Assembly (NCBI GenBank): GCA_043228905.1
Contig: JBHGNT010000001.1
Coordinates: 2,542,001 to 2,606,000, forward strand
Length of the DNA: 64,000 bases
Direction: 5' to 3'
Source of the DNA: Azolla caroliniana
Lineage: Eukaryota; Plantae; Polypodiophyta
The notes under the pieces were generated by a model. The model did not search any database, was not told the origin of the DNA, and worked only from the letters and a program-made list of their open reading frames with translations. Within the stretch, counting starts at the first letter, position 1. Every line of letters begins with the position of its first letter. This document shows positions 38,801 through 49,976 of this stretch, one piece after another. Made by a program: the position numbers and the translations under genes.

Positions 38801-40365
38801 CAATGACATAAACCATCTCCGACATTCTATACTCTTTCCTGGACCTTCTGCAATGCATCCCCATGTCTGCCCCTTACTTGATCCAATTAGTTGACCAAAT
38901 TCATCTCTAATACATGGGTTCCATACAATGCGTTGACTAAGCCAAGCAGGTTCGGAATTAGGTTGATCGCACTTGAGACCTTGTCTAATGTCACACCAAG
39001 CCTTCCACATGGATGCATTGAATCTATTCTCCAATTGGCGTGAGAACCTAGGTTTGAGATCCATGTTTAGAATCCATCCCGTATTGGCCCCTTTTCATGG
39101 CCTAAAGTAAGTGAAACATAACCTTAGTAGCATTTTCCAACAGTCATCCCTTGGTTGGAGTCCCATACCACAAATTTAGCAAGTAGGGCTTTGGATTGTG
39201 AGACGGGATCAATCAGACCCATTCCTCCTCTGGACTTAGGTGATGTGAGTATAGGCCGTGCCACCTTGGCCCTGATTGTGTGATGTTCCTTACCAGACCA
39301 AATGTAATTGCGCACCAGTTGTTGAATCTTGTGTATACTTTCCTTAGATATTGTCCAACATGTTAGGCTATACCATGTTGTTGCGAGTAAAACCTAGTTT
39401 GCCACTATGATGCGACCTGCAAGCGAGAGTTTTTTCGAGCTCCAATGTATCAACTTTTGTCGAATTGAGTGAATAACTGGTGCAATCATAGTCTCCAAAG
39501 GAATGTTGAATCCAATTTGAAAACCCAAAAATTTGGTGCTCGCTCCTTGATTGATCCATTTGAAAGCATGATGTGGGTGCCATGCAATATGTGCTTCATG
39601 AGAATGTTATATATTTGCCAAGGATTTGCGCCAATTGATCATGGCGTTTGATCTCTTGCAAAATATGACTAATCCACTTTCTAGCTTTTGTAGATTTTCC
39701 AAGTCCCCTTGCAAGTAGACTATGGTGTCATCTGCAAATTCTATATCTAAGGGGATTCAGTGAGATTGCCGGCACAAGAAGACCATGTAGGTTTAGATGC
39801 CGCAAGTTGAGAAAGCTAGATAGTGCTTTGACGTATAATAGAAATAAGGATGGCGCTGGTGGGCATCCTTGTCGTACAGATCGCAATATTCAGAAGAAGG
39901 GGCCCCTTTTACCTACTAGTGAGATGCAACTGCTGACGTTCCTATAAAGTCCTGATGTGCCTTTGATCCATGACTCTTGAAAGCCAAGTTTCCCCATCAC
40001 ACTTTCTAGAAATTTCTAGCATACCCTATCACATGCTTTCTCAAAATCTAGGAGCACTATAGCTACCTTGTTGTTGGTACACTTGGCAAGGCTACTACTT
40101 CTCAAAATGAGAAAAGGTTGTCTAGGATGCTTTGATTTCTATTGAACCTTGTTTAGGACAGATGAATGAGTTCAAGGGGAAGTGGTGCTAATCGTCATGC
40201 CATGATTTTTGCAAGCAACTTATAGACAATATTAAGAAGAGTTATGGGTCGCCACTTACAAATATCATTGCCACTCCCAACACTTTTAGGAATGAAATGT
40301 ATCAACCCCCGTCAAAATTCCTCCAACATGTTTCTAGAGGTGACGATCTCCTCGTATGCCTAGAG
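35890..40365 (-). mobile_element. 5'-truncated, decayed L1-clade LINE; apparently a chimera of two families
   Basis: Minus-strand RT motifs: WRPIT (about 40250), LDFEKA (about 40045), VRQGCP (about 39870), EFADD (about 39730), RNYIWSG...SPKSRGGMG (39124-39315). Two zf-RVT-like regions (about 38000-38250 and about 36700-36900). A-rich tail seen as T-runs at 35890-35913. Candidate TSD ATTATTATTATTGTT at 35875-35889 and 40366-40380. Confidence 0.9.
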
Positions 40366-41981
40366 ATTATTATTATTGTTATTGCCCATATAAGTATTCA
40401 GCATGTCACGGTTTAGGTTTCATGAAGTACACGGCCCACAAATTCCAAAGTCATTTATTATAAGTTAAATACATCTAATTTTGACAATTTCAATGTCCCG
40501 TTGATGCATCCAATCACTTGGGGAGCTTATATTGTTGTTGTGTTTGTGACTCTTGCAAAGTTGCACTCTTTGGCAATTTCAGATGAGGTGAAGTTGCGTT
40601 CCTTCGATTTGCACATCCATGCCTTAGTTCATTTCCTTATCATATCAACTTTGAAGATTTTAGTTGCATCTTTGTCCATCAAATCCTTCCTATCTACATA
40701 AACTGGATAACCATTATCCACTACTATGTCCGATTGCATATTTGCAACTTTATGAGATTCTACGAGTGATGGAATCCTTTGTGGGGTGTTGGTCTCAACT
40801 CAGTCATTTGTATTGGCACGCGATAAGCAAGTCCTTCTACAAGTATTGCTTCAACATGAACTATTAGGTTGATACGCCGACAACTTTGGATTTCATCAGT
40901 ACATTGGGGGTCCTACCATGCACATACATCATGCATTGCTTGTTTTTGAAGAGGCTATGGGTTTATATTCAACTTTTGTGTAATCTGCTTCATAGTTTGA
41001 TGAGGAATCTAAACATTCACAATTTGAAACAAAATCAACAATTTGTTTTTTGTGTCGTTGATCTACAACTTCTCAAATGGAGATGACCTCTCTTTCGTTA
41101 TTGTGCCTCATTTCATTTGATCAAATATTTTGTAGTAGCTAGACAATTTGCATTTTGGAAAGTAGAGATTGAAATATTTTTCTTAAGATAGTGCATTTTG
41201 GGCCATCTCCCTATGGTTCAAATTATAGTATGGCACTTCATATTGACATTCATTTTGACTATGTCATTGTCACGTCAAGATTGTGAAAATGGGGTGGAAC
41301 ATTACAATTCTTCCCATGCATGGTTGTGACTCGTATCGTATTTCATTTTCTTTGTGAGAATTTAGTTAGCTTCAAAATCCTTAATAGATATTTGTAGAAT
41401 CCAATGGGACTAAAATGATTAAACCTTAGCATTATCAATCTCCATCATTTTTTGAGAAAAGAGGTACCTCGAAGCTCAGTAAAACATAAATATGTATTGA
41501 AGGTTAAGGAGATAAATCCATAAATGATTAAAGATTTAAAGGGTTGTGATTCATATACCCGCTCTGCTGTGTCTCCATCAAGAGCAAATAATTAAGTGGA
41601 CCTTCATATGAATTACAAAACTTAATTAAGCATTATATTCTTGCAAAAACATCATAGAATTGAATCAAGCTTAAGATGAGCCGACAACCAACTCTTAAAC
41701 AACTATGCTGCAAATCAACCTCAATGCATGTCCCTATATCCATAAGTTATAACCAAGTTCCACAACTATAGAGAATATTTAAAAACGTTACAAGTATCAC
41801 TCGAACCATCATCGGAGAACCAAATCAAGCATTACAAAGCATTACCAAATCAAGGATAAGAAGCTGAGAAATACATATGTACATATGTGAAATAAATGAA
41901 AGAATAATCACTATCTCATTTTCTCACACCCCCACCAAAAGGAAAAGTAAAAGCAAAAACCATTTTTGCTCCCAAAATTCC

Positions 41982-42127
41982 ATGGCTATGGGGGCTTGCT
42001 CTCTACCATTCGTTCATCTTCCAATTAACAGAGAATTTCAGAGCTCTCTTCCTTCTTCTCTCTTAGCCTGTGCGAAAACCTCTCTTCAGAAGAAAAACAG
42101 GAAAACCTCTCTCCAGGTATTCCTTCT

Positions 42128-42162
<35 letters not shown>

Positions 42163-45100
42163 TACGACTACTATTACTGCTGCTGCTGCTGCTGCTGGTT
42201 TTATTCTGCATGCTTAGTTTTTAACTACTCATCATACTATATAAATTTCTTTCATCGTGGAAAACCATAGCAAGATAGACCTGTGGAAATTGTATTGAGC
42301 TTTTATTTTTAGTCATTGGAAATGCAAAAGTTTTTGTGTTTTGCTTTCCTAAGTTCTAAGTAACCTAAGGAGAGGTTCCTGTGAATACTAGAAATTTGTT
42401 CGTGAACTGCAATTAGAATATATGTATATATATTTTGCGTGGAATTTGGCATGTCTTAAAGGATAGAAAATTACTCAATGTGACAATGATACCATTGATG
42501 GGAACCCCATCTTAATACGCGCTTTACTCGATTTTCTCACTCCTATGCTAAATAATAAGAGAAAAAGGACTTAAAAGACACTTCAGCAATGCCATATTTA
42601 AAGAATCCTACTCCCTCACTGTATATAACACTTGTTTATATTCTTCTCTCAATCACAAGCATACATTTCTTGTCTCATGATTGTATATTAATCAGAAATT
42701 AGTCATCGTATAACCAGACCGGCAGCCTCTTAGGATTATTTATTTATTTATTAGTCCATTTGTAAGGTGAACCCTTCTTTGCAATAAGGTCTCGGTTCTG
42801 ATTCCATATTAGCTTTAACAAACTTAGCCGTCAAGTTCTTACTCATGAGACCTTATTATGTGGATTGAAACAACCAACCAGAAGCTAGCGATATGTCCAC
42901 TGAAACATACATGGAATCTGAATGTACATGGAATGTGAATGTATGCATAGGACATCATCAATTAGAACCACTACCCTCATTTAGGGGAGCATCCATATTG
43001 ATGATACCCTATGTAGTGGTTCTAATTGATGATGTCCTATGTATACACTTTCACATTCCATGGATGTTTTAGTAGAGATCTTGTTTTAGTGGGTCCATCA
43101 ATCATCAAAGTTTCTGATTGACGACCATCATTTTTGTGGTCCTTATACACATTTCCATAAATATCTTATGCACTTACAGGTGACAGCAAACATTTCTTCA
43201 TGTGAAAGACCATATTCTTCTGTTTTAATTGTTCCTACTGGAGTTGGTGCTAGCATTGGTGGTTTCGCAGGAGATGCTCTTCCAGTTGCTCGAGCAATGG
43301 CTTCTTTATGTGATAATTTAGTCACCCATCCAAATGTTAGTGCTATCTATAACATGTCTCATTTTATGTGATAATTATAGTCACACATTTAAATGCTAGT
43401 ATCATTGTTAATGGTTCTCTAATATGCTCGAGGCAGCTCAACATCAACAAAATAATGTCATAAATGTGAATTATGTGTCTAGGTACTCAATGCAGCAATG
43501 CTATATTGGCCTATGTCAAATACTATGTATGTAGAAGGTTATGCACTTGACCGATTTGCAGAAGGGAAATGGGGACTTGCTCCAGTTCATCAAAACAAGG
43601 TAATCAAGATTCAAATTTAGAAATGCACATTCTTTTGTACTAATAGAATATGATTCCGTAGCATAACATCAATGAAAAAGTTATTTCATTCATTTCAATT
43701 TGTTTATATCGGCATCAAGACTTGTTTTTGAGACTTCTTGTTCTTCTATACATCTCTATATTTGGAAAGCCAGCTTTTGGGAAATCTGCGCAGTCACACA
43801 TATGGTCAAAAGCAGATAAAACTAAGGAACTTCTGTCATGTATATGCCAATATGCTTCCTTATTTTTGAACCAAGGTCTACAATCTGAGGCTTCCTTTAG
43901 TATTGGCAACAGCTGAGTTTAAGATGAATTATTAACGTTCAGAGAATGAAATTAAAATGTGAGAGCTAGACAACTATGTAGCTTTGCCCTTTCAGATGAC
44001 AGCAATTTACAGCAGAGATAAATGGCATTGCACATTTAAGTATAAAAGTCTGCATATTGACTTGTTAGCCATTTGGATGTAACATGTTCTTACAAACATT
44101 TATATGTATCTCCTATTGCAGATTGGCCTTGTCTTAGACTCGGGAATCGAAAGGGATTTACAACTTCGGCATCTGCAAGTTGCCGATGCAGCTCGTGCAT
44201 CTCTTGGTTTACAAATTGTAGAACATGTTGTGACTGATATGCCATTGGGGGTAGGTACCTTAATTAAAATTTCTTAGATTCCCCAATTACTCTCGAGTTT
44301 GTTTGATATTTCCCAAAATGTTCTTGTCCAACCCTGTCTCAGATAATCATATGGTCAATTCAGCTCCTAAAATATTGTTTTGTTCTCTAGATAAAAAAAG
44401 ATAAAAGTGTAACTGCTGGACAAACTTCTGGCTGTCTTGTTCACTTGGGCACACTAATGAGGCCTGTGGAAGCAATGATAAGTGATAAAGACATTAAATG
44501 TTTAATTTTTCTCCAGGTTAAAAAATGGATAAATAGTGAAACAGGACAATCTTCAGGCTGTCTAGCTAACTCAGATTCTCTAATAAGGGCTGTGGATGCA
44601 ATGATAAGGGAAACAGAAGTTAATGCTGTTGCAGTGGTCACTAGGTTCCCAGATGATAGCATTGAAGACATAATTGATTATCGCCAGGGTGAGGTGAGCT
44701 AGCAAATATATAAGTTGCATCATTGTGTGACTCTATACCATTCTTATTATTAAATAACATAATTTATGCAGGGAGTTGATGCCTTAGCAGGTGTTGAAGC
44801 CATCATAAGTCATATGATTGTAGAATCATTTCAAATGCCATGTGCACATGCACCTGCTCTATCCCCTCTACCTTTAGATCCAACGATATCGCCACGTTCT
44901 GCTGCTGAAGAGGTACATAATACACTATTCCATTGTCTTCAATTTCTGATTCAAGAAAGTGAACAAGATCTGAATTCATTGAGTTGATTCCTTGATTTTT
45001 TTGCAGATTGGATACACTTTCTTGCCTTCTGTTTTAGCAGGATTAAGTAGGGCTCCTCAGTATATCACAAGAGAGGACACTGCAGTAGCAGTGTCAACAA

Positions 45101-46850
45101 AAGGATCCCTTTGGTCTCAGGATATTGATTGTGTTGTAGTTCCTGTAAATGCTTGTGGAGGTGCTGGCACACTGGCTTTCAGCAAGAAGAAAAACAAAGT
45201 ATGTGCATCAATCACTTTTCTTTTTTTCTTGTTAAAAACACTACAAAAATGTTTTAAAATTGAAGTAAAAATGTCACTTTTGGTGATTGATGCATACAGC
45301 CTTTATTGATCGCGGTAGAGGAAAACATGACAGTTCTGAATGATACCCCTGAAAAGCTGCAGATTGATACAGTAAGTGTGGTCTTCCTAATTCTTGAATG
45401 GCTTGTCTATCTCAAGGAGTACATCAGTTAGAAAAATGTTTTGATACGTGATTTGTATTGTTGATACAATATATAATTACATTATAACATTCAAGCCAAA
45501 ATCACTGTTTAAATATAGAGGTAAGCTCCTTTCTCTTCCCTCTTCCTCCTCCTTCTCCCTCCTCCCTTTCAATAGAAAAAAGTCAAAGAGATAGACAGAA
45601 CACACGAAATGGAAGTGGAGCCTAAAGCATGTCGATCAAAGACTTCCCATACCCTTCACAAAGAGATAAATATTGCCATGCCTCTAGGAAATGAGTTTTG
45701 GTCTTTCATATGCAAAAAAGAGCCTTGTAATCTTTGCTTTGTGAGCTGACCCCAACAATTCTTGGTTTCGAAGGTATATATAAGGCAAAATGTGGGGGTC
45801 TGAGTAAGTGCCAACTTCTAAGTAGAGATTTCTTCATATTGATTTTTTCAGACATTTCAGTCCCTCTGAAATGACTTCTGTACAACAAATATCACTTGTA
45901 TTTTGCAATTGAATATTCTCTTGCTTCTGAGATTCCTACTGCTTGGCATCAGATATAGTCCACAATGCATTCATTTGGTTATTCCCTGACCAGTGTGAAA
46001 GCTTGATGCTGATAGAAACTAGAATAGGAACCTAACTGTGATCCGGTGATAACTGCATAGTGCACATAGGTAGTCTTTCTGCACAGCTAATATAAAGCTC
46101 TATCCGTTGCATAGATACCCTCAAATAAGTTCCAATCAACCCGATCATTTTATGATGACTCATCTGAATCAAGTAGCAGCAAGATCGTAAGATGTTGATG
46201 CACTAGAGAATTGTAAAAGGTGATACCTTAGATCATTATTTCCAAAATGTATCTATCCATGTATAAAGCATGCCTGTGAATCATGGAAGATATCAAACAA
46301 CAATATCTGCAATCATAGTACAAAGCATCTTTGCCAAGTAGATACAAGTGTACAAAAAGGGTAATGATGTTGCCATTTCCTTGACGGTAAGGGAGGGTCC
46401 CTCCTTTCAATTGGTCCTATATATGAACATGCTTTATTACAAGATATATTTCAACACAAACCCATATCTACCTACCTACCTATTTATGTGTCATTATATA
46501 TAATATATAGATAGGTAAATAAGAATAGAGGAGAAAAATAGCTAGTTGATTCTTTAATATTTTTGTCATGAGTTTAGGGAATCACTTTTTTTGACAAAGC
46601 ATATAGATGCATACATTTTCAATATAGTGAGAAGCATATTTTTACAATCTATATAGCATATATACAGACAGAGCTAGAGAGCCCTTTGTCAATGACATTC
46701 TTCCAGATACGTGCTGCAAATTACTGGGAGGCATTGGGTGTAATGGCTGCACACAAAGCAGGAGTGGATCCTTTTTCATTGAGGAGATTTGGAATGAAAC
46801 ACATTGAAACTAATGTGAGTGCTCGTGGGAGAATTGCAGTTTCTGTATAG
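41982..46850 (+). CDS. DUF3326-family protein with a predicted chloroplast transit peptide, about 420 aa
   Basis: Exons 41982-42116, 43180-43335, 43483-43599, 44122-44250, 44517-44693, 44772-44912, 45007-45198, 45300-45371, 46707-46850; all phase 0, GT-AG. Motifs: LIVPTGVGASIGGFAGDALP, THPNVLNAA, YVEGYALDRF, YRQGEGVDALAGVEAIISH, PCAHAP, PRSAAEEIGYTFLPSVLAGL, NYWEALG. Confidence 0.92.
42898..43075. repeat. Inverted repeat/foldback (MITE-derived hairpin) in DUF3326 intron 1
   Basis: Arm 42927-42974 'catggaatgtgaatgtatgcataggacatcatcaattagaaccactac' pairs with 43013-43062 'gtagtggttctaattgatgatgtcctatgtatacactttcacattccatg'. Confidence 0.8.
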
Positions 46851-47086
46851 CAATGATGCATATGCATCTTGATAAAGAAGCTAATCAAGGATTGCTGACG
46901 GGGCGCACCTCACTCTAGGATGTGGAGCATTCATGGTCATCAAATGATGCTTCCTACTATCAAATACATCATCGATCAGCCTTGCACACCTCTCCAATGT
47001 CGCCAGCGATTTGGGCACATATGCATACTCTCTACTTACAAATACAAGCGACATAAGAAAATTCACGAGTCATGTAGGTATATCCG

Positions 47087-47455
47087 CTGCACCAACAGAG
47101 GACTATGATAACATGCTCCTTTTCGGCCCTCCCGAAAATGTTAAAATATCATCTTGTAATCATCATTTGAAGTAAAATTGCTATCCCTTCTCTTCACATA
47201 TACATAGTTCGTGATGATGGCCATTTCTTTGTGATGATGCGCTGTACCTTCTCTTCTTCCCTATTCATTCTCTGCACCAACAGAAGGCATTAACAAAACA
47301 TACTCTTTATGGGTCTTCCTGAAAATGTTAAAATATCATTGTCGTTATCATTTTTTTGAGTAAAATTTGTATCTCCCACTCTCTCAGATTGGCAAAGTCA
47401 CGATGATGGTTACTTCTTTTGTGATGGTGCACAGGACCTTCATCTCTTCCCTATA
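47087..47455. repeat. Diverged direct duplication of about 185 bp, 3' of the DUF3326 gene
   Basis: 'ctgcaccaacaga...cc(c/t)gaaaatgttaaaatatcat...gtaaaatt...gatgatgg...tttgtgatg...accttc...cttccctat' at 47087 and 47272. Confidence 0.8.
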
Positions 47456-49976
47456 TTTATTCATTATATGTGTTGTCCCAAATGCATGAATCAAACTTTA
47501 TTTCTCTTGGTAATATTCTTTTACATGTAGGCCCAATTTTTTTTCACAGTTCACGTCTTCAAAGCAAGGGATTATGTATGCATGAATGTTTTGTCATTAA
47601 CCAATCATGTCAATTTTCAAACTGAGGAAATTGCTTTATCTAGTTAATTTTCTTAGCAAAATTAATCAAAATGATCCAAAGTAAAATTTCCTCATACCAA
47701 TCATAGGAAATTTGACTTCATGGTTTGATAGGTCTTCATCTAGATGAATCATTACTAATCAGGTTCATTAAGCTCTTGTAAATTAATTTACAGTTAAGCA
47801 AACATGCAGATTACTGTGCTATGCATGGATTGATCATGTGACATGTCCTAAACATGATTGATTTAATCATATTTGTTGGTCTTTCTCATAAGAAAGTGAT
47901 GCTGAATGTGTATGGAGGACATAATTAACTACTGTTTGCATCAGACGTGGAGACCCAGTTTTTATTTACTCTCTTTGGTTTATGCATTCATGAATTCCAC
48001 AATGTATGGTGTGATTATTTGCCAAAAACGTGTTGAGGATATTACAATTGGGAATGTAAGATCATGCTTATGTTAATATTACCTTTTGAAAAGCAATGCT
48101 ATTGGTTTGAACATCTTGTGCTATGAAACATAATGTTGGCATCAAATTTATATCAGATTGTTGGTTATCATGATTTCAAACTACATTTGTGAAGAGTTAT
48201 TTGTGATCATTGCAACCTTAAATGGCTGTATGATATTTGAACCCATAGCCTTAATGTTGCAAGCCATCACTATGACTCTACAAAAACTCAATACTAATAA
48301 GCAATAAATTGTGGCGTAGCATAAAATGTCTTATATGTGGCATCGAAACCTCACATTATGCTTTTTGTGGTATGCAATTGATTTGGTGATCTTCACTCAA
48401 GCTTCACACACCCTACATTAACCACATGTTGCACTCCATTCCAAAAACTTTAAATGGATGGGTCATCTAGTACATTAACAAGGCATGTTTTCAAATAAGC
48501 AAAACCCTAAGTTTATGCTCTTGAGCTTAGACCTTGACTCTCACAAATCTCCTAGAAAACCATTATACATGTGCACCAATAGTGGTAGATACAATTGATG
48601 CACTAACATGTCGTACAAGGATCAATGACATGGTTCGTTTGACATTGAAGTCTATAACTAAATTGGGTACCAATATGATTGGTTCATAAAATCCATACCG
48701 ATAAATCAATTAATTTTAACAAATTGAATTAATCAATATGAGTCGATCTTTTGTTGTAGTTGTCGAAGTGTGGAAGTTGTGAATGGTGTTGTCTCGTTGT
48801 GTCTCTATCCTTAGTTGGTCTAAGGAAATGTACAACACCAATATTATAAGAGAGGATATGTGACAAGTGGATATTCATTTTAAGTTAAATTAAAATTATA
48901 GGTAATAGGCACATAATTTTTTTGATGTCCATGGGAGATTGAAACAAAATCTAGACAAGTCAAGCTTGTTGCAGCAATCTGGTTCTTTGAAATTTATGGC
49001 TTTGATTCTAACACTTTTTAACTCATTTAATCCCAGTGTTTATTAGTAATTCTTAGTTGTGAACTAGACAATGAAATTGGTCTTACTTAAGTTGGGTTTA
49101 TAGCCTTATATACCTCATCAACACTTTTAAGGGAACTTAATTAGTTAATGTTTATATGGAACCTACTTCTTAGTTACTTAAAAAGCACTTATTTTATTTG
49201 AATAAGTGTGATAATCTCTGACATAAACAATTAGTGCATATGCTCAGTTTGTGGACCAAGGGCTTTACTTCATTTAAAGAGACATATCATTCTCCCCCAC
49301 GAGAGCCCATATATGATCCAAGGCGAAAGAAAGGCTTACATCGTGTTTTTTTATTAGAACATTTTACTTGATATGAAATAACGATCCGAAGAGGAGAGAT
49401 AGATAGATGGATACCTTTTTAAGGTCCATAGGAGAGTGATTGCGATCTATGGAACATGGCCTAGACCATGGGAAGGATCTTACCTAGGTTCTCTAGATGT
49501 TATGACTTTGGTGCCAAGCCAACGATGAGATAAATAGATAGTTACATATCTCTTTTAATGGCCATGGAAAATCGATTGCAATCTATGAGATGAGGCCGAT
49601 CCCATGGCAAGGATCGAACTTGGTTTCTCTCAAATTTATGACTTTTGATGCTATGGAGTAAACCACCAAGCCGCTATTCGTTTGAGAGCCTATTGATTCT
49701 AATATGAAATGGATGGCATTTGTAGGATGAGTTCCATGGCATGTTAAGAGTGATGTGAGCTTGGGGGAACTGATGGGCTATGGAGGGGCATTTTGCGGAA
49801 TTATGAGACAGTGGAGGGGTATTTTGGTTAAGAATTATGGGGAAGTGGAGGGGCAATTGGGGAATTATGAGAATCTCTGTGGGAATAACTTCATAGTGAA
49901 ACTGAGGTTTTTAAGGTTTGTCATCAGAGAGAGGCGATAGACATACGCAGAGAAGAGACAGCAAAGACAGAGACAG

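Noticed and set aside
47205-47325. Possible C/D box snoRNA (TGATGA...CTGA)
   Set aside because: No terminal stem or recognisable rRNA guide. The motifs are part of a decayed 185-bp duplication.
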